Of a DNA stretch of 64,000 nucleotides, positions 1 to 20,099 are shown piece by piece. The DNA lies in the NCBI GenBank assembly GCA_963422375.2, contig OY729428.2, forward strand, positions 2,208,001 to 2,272,000. The letters are read 5' to 3'. Source of the DNA: Bryobacterales bacterium. GTDB lineage: Bacteria > Acidobacteriota > Terriglobia > Bryobacterales > UBA6623. Within the stretch, counting starts at the first letter, position 1. Every line of letters begins with the position of its first letter. The notes under the pieces were generated by a model. It was not told where the DNA came from. It made no database searches and was given only the letters and a program-made list of their open reading frames with translations. The translations under genes and the position numbers were made by a program.

Positions 1-427
1 TTCCGCCCGCCACGACCCGTCCTCCGCCGCCAGGATTAGCTCGCGGACAAGGGCAGCCGACGCAAGTCCGTCGCCAGCCTCTCCGCCTCGCGCCCGACCA
101 TCCCGGCTGCAACTCGAGCGGCCGCCGCACCCGGAGCCGATCCTGAAGGGGCGGAGGGACCGCCGCTGCCCAGTTGCGCGACGGGCGACAGGCTGGCCGG
201 GGCCGCGGCGCCGGGTTGGCTGGCCTCGCGCCACAGCCTGCCTAGCGCCGGCAGGACTCGAGCACCGTTCCTTGATGCCGCGCTGCGACGCGCCTCGGCG
301 ACCCGACCGCCAGACAGGTGCGACCCGTCGGGTATCGCTCGGGGAGTTCCGCCCATACGGGCGAGGCCCGTCATGGGGCAGGTTGCAAGCATCGCCCGCG
401 AGATACGTCATTTGTTCGTGTTGTGAT

Positions 428-443
428 TGTTTCACGTGAAACA
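428..443. other. parS: parS centromere-like ParB binding site
   Basis: TGTTTCACGTGAAACA, an exact match to the bacterial parS consensus; the palindrome extends to 20 bp (426-445). Confidence 0.9.
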
Positions 444-1065
444 ATTTGCGTACGGCACGCCGAGCCACATTATGCAGGCAAGGCGGGCCCGGACCGGCTC
501 CGGCCGCAATCGGCCGCGCTGCCGAGATGCATCCCGCAGTCCGCCCTAGGCCTTCCGCGGGAAAGCCGGGGCGATCCTGCCAACCCGCCCGGCGGTTCAG
601 CGCCGACCGGCGAGAATCCGACCGTTGCACCCGGAGCGCGGCCGTCGCGCCGCATGCCGCCCACCCAGCCCCAGTCTGCTGGCGGCGCGGGCGATGCAAT
701 TCGACGAGAGCGGTTGCGGTCGGCTGAGAGCGAGCAGCCGGTCCGCAGGCCGGTGCAGCTCTCCAATCCGCGCTGCGACGGCGGCGCCCGAGGCGATTCC
801 GCGGCAAGCTGGCTCGGGACCACCGTCGGCGCGCACCGCACCATCTCGCTTGGCCTGCCGCCGCGTCGTACCGACTCGGCGGCGCTTCCGCCAATTGGCG
901 CGCTTGGGCCCGGCGGGCTCACTCGATCGACACGCGGCAGCGCGAGAGGCCGCAGACGCCCTTCCGGGCGCGCGTGAGGCAGGCCGGCACCAAGATCCTG
1001 CGTCTTGTCGGGAGGAAGGGCCCGCACCGAATCGGCTCGCAGGGCAGGGTCCCGGCAGTTCCGAC

Positions 1066-1095
1066 TTGCACCCCTGCTCGGCGCTGGGCTACAAT
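1066..1095 (+). promoter_or_regulatory. sigma70-type promoter for the tRNA-Tyr/tuf operon
   Basis: TTGCAC (1066-1071), 18-bp spacer, TACAAT (1090-1095) in a GC-rich background upstream of tRNA-Tyr. Confidence 0.65.
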
Positions 1096-1221
1096 GAAGG
1101 CAGTTGCCGCACCGCGCAGGCTGCGGGCCGGTGCCGCCTCGGTTGGAGGCGGCTAGTCCGCGGGAACCCGCCGGTGCTCATAGGATTCCACGAGGGACAG
1201 GCACCGATAGCATCGCATACC

Positions 1222-1308
1222 GGACGGGTGGCCGAGCGGTCAAAGGCAACAGACTGTAAATCTGTCGGGCTACGCCCTTCGAAGGTTCGAATCCTTCCCC
1301 GTCCACCA
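1222..1308 (+). tRNA. tRNA-Tyr (GTA)
   Basis: GGACGGG/CCCGTCC acceptor stem, ACAGA-CTGTAAA-TCTGT anticodon arm, long variable arm, GGTTCGAATCC T-arm, encoded CCA. Confidence 0.97.
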
Positions 1309-1369
1309 GGTGCCGGTGGCCCTGCGACTCAACCCCTCGGAACACAGCGCAAGAGGACACAGGAAGACG

Positions 1370-2557
<1,188 letters not shown>

Positions 2558-2576
2558 AGAGGCCGAGGAGATTCGA

Positions 2577-2729
2577 ATGGCACGCGAGATCATCACCCTG
2601 CAATGCACTGTCACCAAGGACAGGAACTACACCACGACCAAGAACAAGCGCAAGCAGCAGGGGCGCATCGAGCTGATGAAGTACTCGCCGCGCCTGCGCA
2701 AGCACACGTTGCACCGGGAGATGAAGTAA
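2577..2729 (+). CDS. rpmG: 50S ribosomal protein L33 (50 aa; missing from the ORF track)
   Basis: [59 protein letters not shown]; tuf-rpmG-tRNA-Trp-secE synteny. Confidence 0.96.
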   Translation: MAREIITLQCTVTKDRNYTTTKNKRKQQGRIELMKYSPRLRKHTLHREMK

Positions 2730-2752
2730 ACTGGAACAAGGGAATCGCATCC

Positions 2753-2826
2753 AGGGGCGTCGGTTAACGGTAAACCAGCGGTCTCCAAAACCGCCAATGG
2801 GGGTTCGATTCCCTCCGCCCCTGCCA
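2753..2826 (+). tRNA. tRNA-Trp (CCA)
   Basis: AGGGGCG/CGCCCCT acceptor stem, GCGGT-CTCCAAA-ACCGC anticodon arm, GGTTCGATTCC, CCA end; usual position before secE. Confidence 0.95.
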
Positions 2827-2885
2827 TTTCCGTCCAGGCGGGCGCCAGCACGGCCCGCCCCGTCGCTCCGCGAGGTACCACGCAC

Positions 2886-3122
2886 ATGGCCAAGTCACTG
2901 AAGAAGAAGCAGGAAGAGAAGGCGGGCCTGCCGGCGCGCGTCCGCACCTACGTGGACGGCGTCATGCGCGAGGTGCGCCTGGTTACGTGGCCGGGGCGCG
3001 ACCAAGTCCGCGCGACGACGATCGTGGTCCTGGTCTGCGTGTTCGCGTTCGCCCTGTTCTTCGGAGTCGTCGACTACTTCCTGGCATGGGGCCAGCGCGT
3101 CCTGTACGACTCGTTCGTCTAG
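2886..3122 (+). CDS. secE: preprotein translocase subunit SecE
   Basis: EVRLVTWP motif followed by one TM helix; upstream of nusG. Confidence 0.95.
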   Translation: MAKSLKKKQEEKAGLPARVRTYVDGVMREVRLVTWPGRDQVRATTIVVLVCVFAFALFFGVVDYFLAWGQRVLYDSFV

Positions 3123-3143
3123 CCGGGCCGAGGAGACACCGCA

Positions 3144-3746
3144 GTGGGAATCGAAGGACTGAACGGGGGCGGCCTCGGCGCGCAGGATGCTTCCGAGGAG
3201 GCCTCGCGCGAGCGCAACCTGCAGTGGTACATCATCCACACCTACTCGCGCTTCGAGAACAAGGTGAAGGAGAGCCTCGAGACTCGCGCCGAGGCGCTCG
3301 GCATCGCCGAACGCCTCGGGCAGATTCTCATTCCCACCGAAGACGTGGTCGAGATGCGCAACGGCAAGAAGGTCACTGTCAAGCGCCTGCTCTACCCGGG
3401 CTACGTGCTGCTGGAGCTGGAGCTGGACGACAACGTCTGGCATGCCGTGAAGAACACGCCCCGGGTGACCGGCTTCGTGGGCGGAGGGGAGACCCCGACG
3501 CCGCTGACGCCGTCCGAGCTCAATCAGATTCTGCACCGCCAGGAGTCCTCCAAGGAGCATCCGCGCCCGAGCATGCGCTTCCAGCGCAACGACCGCATCG
3601 ACATCGTCGACGGGCCGTTCACCGGATTCTCCGGCTCCGTCGAGGAGGTCAACGAGGACCGCAGCACCCTCAAGGTGATGGTGACGATCTTCGGCCGCGG
3701 CACGCCGGTCGAGCTCGAGTATTTCCAAGTCAAGAAGGCGGGCTAG
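3144..3746 (+). CDS. nusG: transcription termination/antitermination factor NusG
   Basis: [27 protein letters not shown] motif [24 protein letters not shown] start after GAGGAG. Confidence 0.97.
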   Translation: MGIEGLNGGGLGAQDASEEASRERNLQWYIIHTYSRFENKVKESLETRAEALGIAERLGQILIPTEDVVEMRNGKKVTVKRLLYPGYVLLELELDDNVWHAVKNTPRVTGFVGGGETPTPLTPSELNQILHRQESSKEHPRPSMRFQRNDRIDIVDGPFTGFSGSVEEVNEDRSTLKVMVTIFGRGTPVELEYFQVKKAG

Positions 3747-3769
3747 CCCGCAGGCAGGAGCAGAGATCG

Positions 3770-4210
3770 ATGGCAGCGCCCCAGACGAGTCAAGTCAAGC
3801 AGCAGATCAAGCTGCAAATCATGGCGGGGAAGGCGACGCCCGCGCCGCCGGTGGGCCCCGCCCTCGGGCAGGCCGGGCTGAACATCATGCAGTTCTGCAA
3901 GGAGTTCAACGCCCGCACCTCAAAGCCGGAACTGGAAGGCCTGATCGTCCCCGTGGTGATCCGGGTGTACCAGAACCGGACCCACGACTTCCTCACCAAG
4001 ACGCCGCCGGCGGCCGTGCTGATCAAGCGCAGCGCGGACCTGGCCAAGGGGTCGGGCGAGCCGAACCGCCAGAAGGTCGGAACGATCACCCGGGCCCAGC
4101 TCGAGGACATCGCCAAGCAGAAGATGCCCGATCTCAACTGCTACACCCTCGAGCAGGCGATGGCCTGCGTCACGGGAACTGCGAACAGCATGGGCGTGCG
4201 GGTGGTATAG
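3770..4210 (+). CDS. rplK: 50S ribosomal protein L11
   Basis: [30 protein letters not shown]; start is the ATG at 3770 inside ORF 2987-4210. Confidence 0.97.
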   Translation: MAAPQTSQVKQQIKLQIMAGKATPAPPVGPALGQAGLNIMQFCKEFNARTSKPELEGLIVPVVIRVYQNRTHDFLTKTPPAAVLIKRSADLAKGSGEPNRQKVGTITRAQLEDIAKQKMPDLNCYTLEQAMACVTGTANSMGVRVV

Positions 4211-4228
4211 TAGGGATCTAACGGACCC

Positions 4229-4276
4229 CGTGGGAGACGGGCCGGGCAGGCTCCGGCAGGTCGCTGGCACCAAGGT
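4229..4276 (+). promoter_or_regulatory. possible L1 autoregulatory site in the rplK-rplA spacer
   Basis: GTGGGAG followed by a GC hairpin and CACC just before rplA; only loosely resembles L1-binding leaders. Confidence 0.2.
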
Positions 4277-4281
4277 GGCAT

Positions 4282-4971
4282 ATGGCAGGGAAGAAGTACC
4301 GCGCCGTAGCGGATAAGATCGAGAAGCGCTCCTACCCCTTGGCGGAGGCGATTCCGTTTCTCCAGGAGCATCGCCTCTCCAAGTTCGACGAGACGGTCGA
4401 GGTGCATCTGAACCTCGGCGTCGACCCGCGGCACGCCGACCAGATGGTCCGGGGCACGGTGGTCCTGCCGCACGGTCTGGGCATCTCCAAGAAGGTGCTG
4501 GTGTTCGCCTCCGGGAACAGGGTGCAGGAAGCGCTCGCCGCCGGCGCCGACTTCGCCGGCGGCGAGGAGTACGTCCGCAAGATCTCCAAGGAGGGCTGGC
4601 TCGGCTTCGACGCCTGCGTGGCCACCCCCGACATGATGCGCTTCGTCGGGCGGCTGGGCCGGATCCTCGGCCCGCGCGGGCTGATGCCCAACCCCAAGGT
4701 CGGCACCGTGACCTTCGACGTCGCCCGGGCCGTGCAGGAAGTCAAGGCCGGCAAGGTGGAGTTCCGCGTCGACAAGGGAGCGGTGATCCACGCCCCGGTA
4801 GGCAAGCTCGGGTTCGAGCGGGGCAAGCTGACCGAGAACGCCCAGACGCTCATCGCGGCCGTGCTCAAGGCAAGGCCGCAGGCGGCCAAGGGCCGCTACC
4901 TGATGAAGGCGTCGATCTGCTCCACCATGAGCCCGGCGATCGCGCTGAACGTGGCGGAATTCGGCTCGTAG
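4282..4971 (+). CDS. rplA: 50S ribosomal protein L1
   Basis: [41 protein letters not shown]. Confidence 0.98.
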   Translation: MAGKKYRAVADKIEKRSYPLAEAIPFLQEHRLSKFDETVEVHLNLGVDPRHADQMVRGTVVLPHGLGISKKVLVFASGNRVQEALAAGADFAGGEEYVRKISKEGWLGFDACVATPDMMRFVGRLGRILGPRGLMPNPKVGTVTFDVARAVQEVKAGKVEFRVDKGAVIHAPVGKLGFERGKLTENAQTLIAAVLKARPQAAKGRYLMKASICSTMSPAIALNVAEFGS

Positions 4972-4984
4972 CGGGAGAAGGCCA

Positions 4985-5512
4985 ATGAAGACCAAGGCGG
5001 ACAAGCAAGTTCTTCTAGAGCACCTCCGGCGCGAGTTCGACAGCTCGAGCGCCGTGGTGATCTGCAAGTTCAAAGGGCTGACCGTGGCCGAGGACCAGCG
5101 CCTGCGCGGCATCCTGCGCTCGCTGGGCGGGCGCTACCGAGTCGTGTCGAACCGGCTGGCGCACCTCGCGGCGAAGGGCACGCCCTTCGAAGAGTCGCTG
5201 GCGGGCCAGCGCGGGATGACGGCGCTGGCGTTCCCGGGCGACGATCTGGTCGGATCGCTGAAGGGGCTCGTCGCCTACGCCAAGGAGCAGGGCCGCTTTT
5301 CGTTCTCGGCGGGTGTCGTCGAGGGCAGGGCGCTCGACTTGGACGGCCTGACGGCGCTCTCGAAGCTGCCCGGCCGCGAGGGCATCTACGCCCAGCTGCT
5401 CTTCCTGATCAATTCCCCGGCGCAGCGACTGCTCGCAACGCTCAACGCCCCCGGCCGCAGCATCGCCGCGGCCCTGCAGCAGGGAGTTGAGCAGCAGAAG
5501 TTCAGCGGGTAG
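4985..5512 (+). CDS. rplJ: 50S ribosomal protein L10
   Basis: FKGLTVAEDQRLR, YRVVSNRLA, LSKLPGRE; lies between rplA and rplL. Confidence 0.95.
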   Translation: MKTKADKQVLLEHLRREFDSSSAVVICKFKGLTVAEDQRLRGILRSLGGRYRVVSNRLAHLAAKGTPFEESLAGQRGMTALAFPGDDLVGSLKGLVAYAKEQGRFSFSAGVVEGRALDLDGLTALSKLPGREGIYAQLLFLINSPAQRLLATLNAPGRSIAAALQQGVEQQKFSG

Positions 5513-5593
5513 CCCGCGCGGGACCATTCCCGGGCAGGCGGCGGGGCAAGAGGCTTCGCTTCATTAGCAAACACAGGCAAAGGAGTACATCCC

Positions 5594-5971
5594 ATGGCGG
5601 ACATTGCGGTGATCGCGGAATCGATCAAGGAGCTGACCTTGGTGGAGGCCGCGGATCTGGTCAAGAAGCTCGAGGCGGACCTCGGCGTTTCGGCGGCGGC
5701 TGCCGTCGCGGCGGCGCCGGCCGCCGCCGACGCGGGCGAGGAAGAAGAGGTCGCGGAGCAGACCGAATTCACGGTCGTGCTGAAGAACTTCGGCAAGCAG
5801 AAGATCAAGGTCATCAAGGCCGTGCGCGAGGTCACTGGCCTCGGGCTGAAGGAAGCCAAGGACCTAGTCGACGCCGCTCCCAAGGCCGTCAAGGAGAACG
5901 TGCCGAAGGAAGAGGCCGAGCAGATCCGGGGCAAGCTGGCCGATGTCGGCGCCGAAGTCGAGGTCCAGTAA
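5594..5971 (+). CDS. rplL: 50S ribosomal protein L7/L12
   Basis: Ala-rich hinge, [33 protein letters not shown]. Confidence 0.98.
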   Translation: MADIAVIAESIKELTLVEAADLVKKLEADLGVSAAAAVAAAPAAADAGEEEEVAEQTEFTVVLKNFGKQKIKVIKAVREVTGLGLKEAKDLVDAAPKAVKENVPKEEAEQIRGKLADVGAEVEVQ

Positions 5972-6006
5972 CGCGTCGGCGGCCCCGCGCACGGACACGG
6001 GGCCGG

Positions 6007-6036
6007 TTGCAGGCGGACCGGGCGCTGTGGTACCAT
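6007..6036 (+). promoter_or_regulatory. putative internal promoter for rpoBC
   Basis: TTGCAG-N18-TACCAT with TG extended -10 in the 300-bp rplL-rpoB spacer. Confidence 0.5.
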
Positions 6037-6270
6037 ACGGGTCGCGGGGACGGGTCCGCTTGTCCGTGGGCGGTGCGGGCAGCTGATCCAAGCAACAGCA
6101 GATTTTGCCGAGACGGGGTGCGCTGAGCCGGTCGAGGTGCGTCCTGATTCCAGCACAGCGCTGGGTCGGGGTGTCCTTGCGTCCGGATTCCGTGCGCCCG
6201 CGCCCCCCGCCGGCGGGCACGACCGCGTCGCGACGGATTTGGGCGGCCTAGCGGCCGAGAGGAGGCAGGC

Positions 6271-10680
<4,410 letters not shown>

Positions 10681-10756
10681 CGTCGGCCGCAGCGGGATCG
10701 GGCCGGAGGAACGCGAGCGCGCCGGGCCCTGCGGGGCGGCAAGCCGCAGCGAAAAC

Positions 10757-15079
<4,323 letters not shown>

Positions 15080-15178
15080 CCGCGGCCCCGGGCCTGCACG
15101 CCGGTCGCAGGCCCGGGCGGGACGGCCGCGAGCGGGCAGGGCCGGTGGTCGGCCCTGCCCCCGGGGCGGGCAAGAGCC

Positions 15179-16411
15179 CTACTCGTATCGCAGCGTCTCG
15201 GCCGGCGCGACCCGCGCGGCGTTTCCGGACGGGTAAATCGTGATCACGTAGCTGATCGCGACCGCGGCCAGCGCCACGAAGACCGCGTCGAGAGCCCTCG
15301 GGGCGAACGGCACGTATTCCAGCCCGTAGACCTCGGCGTCAAGAGCGATCAGCCGGTAGCGGTCGCACAGCCAGCAGGCGAGATGACCGAGCGCCAAGCC
15401 GATGACGGTGCCGAGTACGCCGATGATGATGCCCTGCCACATGAAGATCCGCCGAATCTGGCCCAGGCCGGTGCCCATCGACTTCAGAATGGCGATTTCC
15501 TTGGTCTTCTCGACCACCATCATGACCAGGGAGATCAAGATATTCAGGGCGGCCACGAGCATGATCATGCCGATAATCAGCGCGGTGAGCAGCTTTTCGG
15601 TCTCTAGGGCGTTGAACAGGGCGCGGTTGCGCTCCATCCAAGTGCTGGCCGCGAACTCGTCGCCGGCGGACTCCTCGATCGCCCCGGCGACCGACACCGA
15701 TGACTCCAGATCGTCCAGGCGGAACTCGATGGAGTTCACGACGTCGCCCAGGGACATCGCGCGCTGGGCGTCCCGCAGCAGGCAGATGCTCCAAAGGTTG
15801 TCGAGCTCGAAGAACCCGGTCTGGAACACGCCCACCACTTGGAAGCGCTTGAATGCCGGAATCCGGCCGAGGGGCGTCATCTCGCCCTGCGGATTGAGGA
15901 CAGTTACGATCGTCGACACCCGCGCGCCGATGACGTCCGCCAGCCCGCGCCCCAGCAGGATACCCGGATACTGGCCCTCCGCGCCGGTCAGCGCTTCAAA
16001 CGAGCCGTCCACGATCCTCGAGAGCAGCTGCGAAACCCGAACCTCCGCGGCAGGGTCCACCCCCTTGAGGAAGCAGCCCTTGGCCCGGATCGGCGTAGAG
16101 ATCATCATCTCCCCGTAGAGCGTCGGCGCGACCGCCTCGACGTGGTCCAGCCCGGCCAGTCTCTCGATGAGAGCCCCGTAGCCGTAGATCCCGTACTCGG
16201 GATTCCGCTCGACGAGGTTGATGTGGGAACTGGCCCCGATCAAGTGATCCCTGATCCCGGCTTGAACGCCGTTGTTGATCGCCATCGCGATCACCAGCGC
16301 CGCAACGCCGGCGGCCACCCCGGCGACCGACAGCACTGTGACGATGGAGAAGAAGCGATCTCTCCGCTTCGCCCGCAGGTAGCGCAAGGCGACGTACAGC
16401 TCGAAAGGCAA
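15179..16411 (-). CDS. lipoprotein-releasing ABC transporter permease (LolC/LolE family)
   Basis: FELYVALRYLRAKR start, TM helix, periplasmic domain, EKTKEIAILKSMG, FtsX-like C-terminus ending PAETLRYE. Confidence 0.9.
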   Translation of the reverse strand: MPFELYVALRYLRAKRRDRFFSIVTVLSVAGVAAGVAALVIAMAINNGVQAGIRDHLIGASSHINLVERNPEYGIYGYGALIERLAGLDHVEAVAPTLYGEMMISTPIRAKGCFLKGVDPAAEVRVSQLLSRIVDGSFEALTGAEGQYPGILLGRGLADVIGARVSTIVTVLNPQGEMTPLGRIPAFKRFQVVGVFQTGFFELDNLWSICLLRDAQRAMSLGDVVNSIEFRLDDLESSVSVAGAIEESAGDEFAASTWMERNRALFNALETEKLLTALIIGMIMLVAALNILISLVMMVVEKTKEIAILKSMGTGLGQIRRIFMWQGIIIGVLGTVIGLALGHLACWLCDRYRLIALDAEVYGLEYVPFAPRALDAVFVALAAVAISYVITIYPSGNAARVAPAETLRYE

Positions 16412-16462
16412 GGAGCGGCCGACCTACGCTTCATTGTCCACCAATGTCCTATGCTGGTTCGC

Positions 16463-17947
16463 ATGCCGGCCCGGCTGCTGCTCCTCCTAGCGCTCGTCCC
16501 GGCACTGCCGACCTTGGCGGCTCCGAACGTCGCCGTGATCCTGACAGACGATCTCGGCTACGGCGATGTCGGCGCGTACAACCCGCAGTCCAAGATCCCG
16601 ACCCCGAATCTCGACCGAATCGCCCGCGAGGGGCTCCGCTTCACGGACGCCCACGCGCCAGACGGCGTCTGCACGCCCACGCGGTACGGCCTGCTGACCG
16701 GAAGGTACGCGTGGCGGACGCGGCTGAAGCGCGGGGTGCTTGACGGCTCGTCAGCGCCGCTCATCGAGGCCGGGCGCCTGACGCTGGCCGGCATGCTTCG
16801 CCAGGAGGGCTACCGCACAGCCATGGTCGGCAAGTGGCACCTAGGCCGGAGGTGGCATCTTCTCGACGAATCCGGCAAGCAGGTCGTCGACAACATCGAT
16901 TGGGCCCGGCCAGCGGCGGACGGGCCGCTGCAGCACGGTTTCACGTATGCGTTCGGACTGGCCAAGCCGGCGTGGGCCTTCGCCGAGAACGGAGCCGTGC
17001 TTGCGCGGCCGGCCCTGCGGTTCGACCTGACCCATCTGCCGGTGCATCTGATGGGCCCCAGCAACAACACGGGCACGAAGTCGCCGGGTTTCGAGTTCGA
17101 GCGCATGCTGCCTCGATTCACCGAAGAGGCGACCGGCTTCATCGCCCGGGCCGCCGCGGCAGGCCAGCCGTGGTTCCTGTACTTCGCTCCGCTGGCACCG
17201 CACCGCCCGGTAGTGCTCAACCGGGACTTCAGCGACGGCAGTGCCGCGGGCCTGTACGGCGACTTCGTCTCCGAGGTGGACTGGGCGGTGGGAGAGATCC
17301 TCGCCGCGGTCGAGCGGGCAGGAGCGGACCGGGAGACGCTTCTGGTCGTGACGAGCGACAACGGTCCGGAGGTCGACGCCTACCGCCGTATCCAGGAGCA
17401 CGCCCACTTCAGCATGGGGTCCCTGCGCGGCGTGAAGAGGGACCTGTGGGAGGGCGGCCATCGCGTCCCGTTCTTAGCGCGCTGGCCGGAAGCGGTGCCG
17501 GCCGGCGAGACGCAAGACGAGGTGCTGTGCCTGACCGACCTGATGGCGACGCTCGCGGCAATCGTCGGTCTCGACCTGCCCGAGTTGGCTGCCGAGGACA
17601 GCTACGACATGAGCGCCGCCCTGCTGGGCAAGCAGACGGAATACCCCGTGCGCGAGGCCACCGTCCACCACGGCTCGAGGGGCTGGTTCGGCATCCGCCA
17701 AGGCGACTGGGTGCTCATCGACAATCCCACCGGCGACAGCAACAGCGGGGGCCCGAACGAGGAGCCCGGCTGGTTCCGCGCCGCCCGATCGGCGGTGCCG
17801 CACGACGAAGAGGTCGAGCTGTTCAACCTGCGCCGCGACCCGCGGCAAACGACCAACCTCGCGACGCTGGAACCGGAGCGGGTGCGCTCCATGAGGGCTC
17901 TGCTGGAGCGATACCAGCGAGACGGTCGCAGCACGCCGCGGCGCTAG
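16463..17947 (+). CDS. arylsulfatase (formylglycine-dependent), secreted
   Basis: signal peptide, PNVAVILTDDLGYGD, CTPTR (CxPxR), GKWHLG, TSDNG, EGGHRVP. Confidence 0.93.
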   Translation: MPARLLLLLALVPALPTLAAPNVAVILTDDLGYGDVGAYNPQSKIPTPNLDRIAREGLRFTDAHAPDGVCTPTRYGLLTGRYAWRTRLKRGVLDGSSAPLIEAGRLTLAGMLRQEGYRTAMVGKWHLGRRWHLLDESGKQVVDNIDWARPAADGPLQHGFTYAFGLAKPAWAFAENGAVLARPALRFDLTHLPVHLMGPSNNTGTKSPGFEFERMLPRFTEEATGFIARAAAAGQPWFLYFAPLAPHRPVVLNRDFSDGSAAGLYGDFVSEVDWAVGEILAAVERAGADRETLLVVTSDNGPEVDAYRRIQEHAHFSMGSLRGVKRDLWEGGHRVPFLARWPEAVPAGETQDEVLCLTDLMATLAAIVGLDLPELAAEDSYDMSAALLGKQTEYPVREATVHHGSRGWFGIRQGDWVLIDNPTGDSNSGGPNEEPGWFRAARSAVPHDEEVELFNLRRDPRQTTNLATLEPERVRSMRALLERYQRDGRSTPRR

Positions 17948-17972
17948 GCAAGGGCGCCTTCGCAGCCTCCGC

Positions 17973-19403
17973 TCAGGCGACCGACTGCATGGCGTCGCGC
18001 CCCAGTCGGCACTCGCTGTGAATCGCCGCGACGGCGGTCCGCAAGTCGTCCTGATGCACCACGATGGCTATCGTGAGTTCACTCGATCCCTGAGCGATCG
18101 CGATGATGTTCACGTTCTTGCGAGAAATCGCGGTAAAGAGCCGGCCGGCCAGCCCGGGGGTGCCGCGCATTCCCTCGCCGACCGCCGCGAGCAAGCCCAC
18201 GCTGCGGTCCACGCCGATGGGCCGCAGGTAGCCGTGGGCGAGTTCGATGGCCAGCTCCTCCCGCAGGCCGCGCAGCACCGCCCCGACCTCGTCGGCGCGG
18301 ACGAGCATGCAGAAGTTCTGGCGGAAGCTCGAGCGCGTGAGGAGCAGGACTTCGACCTTGGCGCGGGCCGCGGCCTGCAGTGCCCGGGCCATCAGCTGCG
18401 CGCCGGACAGGAAGGCGTTCGCCGCCTCGATCGAGACGAGCACGACGTCCGACAGGGACGTGACCGCGCGAACTCCCTCCTGGCCGGGCGGGTCGTGCGA
18501 GATGCGGGTCCCCGCTCGGTCCGGCCTGAAGCTGTTCTTGATGCGGACGGGGATGCCCATCTCGGCCAGCGGCGCCAAGGTGCGCGGATGCAGCACCCTG
18601 GCCCCGTTGTAGGCGAGCTCCGCCGCCTCGTTGTAGGTGGCCTCCGCCAGCAGGCGCGCGTCGCGGGCCGTGGATGGGTCGCAGCTGAGGATGCCGTCGA
18701 CATCCGTCCAGATCCACAGTTCGTGCGCCCTGAGGGCGGCCGCGACGATGGCCGCGGAAAAATCCGAGCCCCCGCGGCCCAAGGTGGTAGGAACGCCGTC
18801 CCTTGTCGATCCGTTGTAGCCAGTGACAACCGGGACCGCGCCCCGGTCCAGAATCGGGCCCAGGACATCTGCGGCTCTGCGCTCGGTGGCTGCCAAGTCG
18901 GGGCTGGCCGCGCCGAACGCCGCGTCCGTCACGATCACGCACGCGCCCGAGACAGCCACGGACGGCACCCCGGCCGCGATCAGCACCTCGCTGAGAAGGA
19001 GAGCCGACAGGCGCTCGCCGACGGGGGCGGCTTCGTCCACCGAGCGCGGAGGGCGCTCCCTCAGCAGCAGCATCCCCCGCGCGATCCGCTCGAAGTCCCC
19101 GAGAATCTCCCGGATGCGCTCGAGAACTGCGAAGCGCCGCTCCGACGGAAGCAGCGCCTCGCACGCGCCGACGTGCAGGGTCCTGACGTGACTCAGGCGG
19201 CCCTCGACTTCAGCGGAATCTCCCCGCGCGCCGGCGTCCAGGGTAGCCAGCAGCTCGTTGGTCACTTGCGACATGGCCGACACGACGACGGCGACAGGGC
19301 GGCCTCGCGCCTGCGCCGCGACCAGCCCGGCCGCCCTGGTGATCGCATCCGGCGAACCGACGCTGGTGCCGCCGAACTTCATGACTAGGGCGGAATCGGG
19401 CAT
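17973..19403 (-). CDS. lysC: aspartate kinase with two ACT domains
   Basis: VMKFGGTSVG, VVVSAM, TTLGRGGSD, IWTDVDG, IAQGSSE. Confidence 0.93.
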   Translation of the reverse strand: MPDSALVMKFGGTSVGSPDAITRAAGLVAAQARGRPVAVVVSAMSQVTNELLATLDAGARGDSAEVEGRLSHVRTLHVGACEALLPSERRFAVLERIREILGDFERIARGMLLLRERPPRSVDEAAPVGERLSALLLSEVLIAAGVPSVAVSGACVIVTDAAFGAASPDLAATERRAADVLGPILDRGAVPVVTGYNGSTRDGVPTTLGRGGSDFSAAIVAAALRAHELWIWTDVDGILSCDPSTARDARLLAEATYNEAAELAYNGARVLHPRTLAPLAEMGIPVRIKNSFRPDRAGTRISHDPPGQEGVRAVTSLSDVVLVSIEAANAFLSGAQLMARALQAAARAKVEVLLLTRSSFRQNFCMLVRADEVGAVLRGLREELAIELAHGYLRPIGVDRSVGLLAAVGEGMRGTPGLAGRLFTAISRKNVNIIAIAQGSSELTIAIVVHQDDLRTAVAAIHSECRLGRDAMQSVA

Positions 19404-19487
19404 GGCTGGCGTTTCGCGGGCGGTCGCGATGGGGAAGCCAGACGCACCGGACCGCCCAGCGGCGCACTTCCTCGGGCCGCGGCGCGC

Positions 19488-20099
19488 CTAGCCCGGGCCG
19501 TCCGGCACGTGGCGCGCCAGGTGGACCCCAAACTTCTTGAGCTCGTCCTCGTAGTAGGACCGCTGCAGCACCTGCCACTCCTCGCTGCCTTCCGCGATGT
19601 CGCGCTTCTGCGAGGCGATCTTCTGCCTGGCCAGCCTCTCGCACCTCTGTTCCAGCGTGAGGATATCGGTCAGATGGCGTTGGATTTCCAGCCTCGTGTC
19701 GTTCCAGCCCCCGTTCAGCCGGGTGCCGGGGATACGGGGCAGCTTCGAGGCCATCTTGTGCGAGATCTCGAGCACCTTGTCCCGGGACAGCTTCATCGGG
19801 CGGCCGCCGCGGCTGTCCGCGGCCGCCGACACGACCTTGCGCTCGGCGAGAATCTTGCGCTTGACCTTGGTGAACATGTCGAAGTACGAGATGTCCTGGT
19901 GGCGCATGTACTCGCTGTACTGCGACAGCAGCGCGCGCGCCTCGGCGTTGATTTCGTCCTCCAAGCTCAGCTCGTCCAGCACGATGGCCTCGAAGTCCTT
20001 CGCGACTCGCTCAGGGTGCTTGATCAAGCAGGCCTGTTTGGCGAGGCGCTTGGTGACCTCCTTGGCCAGGAATTCGACGAACGGCGCGGGAATCAGCAT
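19488..20099 (-). CDS. DUF507-like protein, two tandem domains
   Basis: two related halves (MLIPAPFVEFLAKEV... and MKLSRDKVLEISHK...IAEGSEEWQVL); family assigned from recall. Confidence 0.65.
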   Translation of the reverse strand: MLIPAPFVEFLAKEVTKRLAKQACLIKHPERVAKDFEAIVLDELSLEDEINAEARALLSQYSEYMRHQDISYFDMFTKVKRKILAERKVVSAAADSRGGRPMKLSRDKVLEISHKMASKLPRIPGTRLNGGWNDTRLEIQRHLTDILTLEQRCERLARQKIASQKRDIAEGSEEWQVLQRSYYEDELKKFGVHLARHVPDGPG

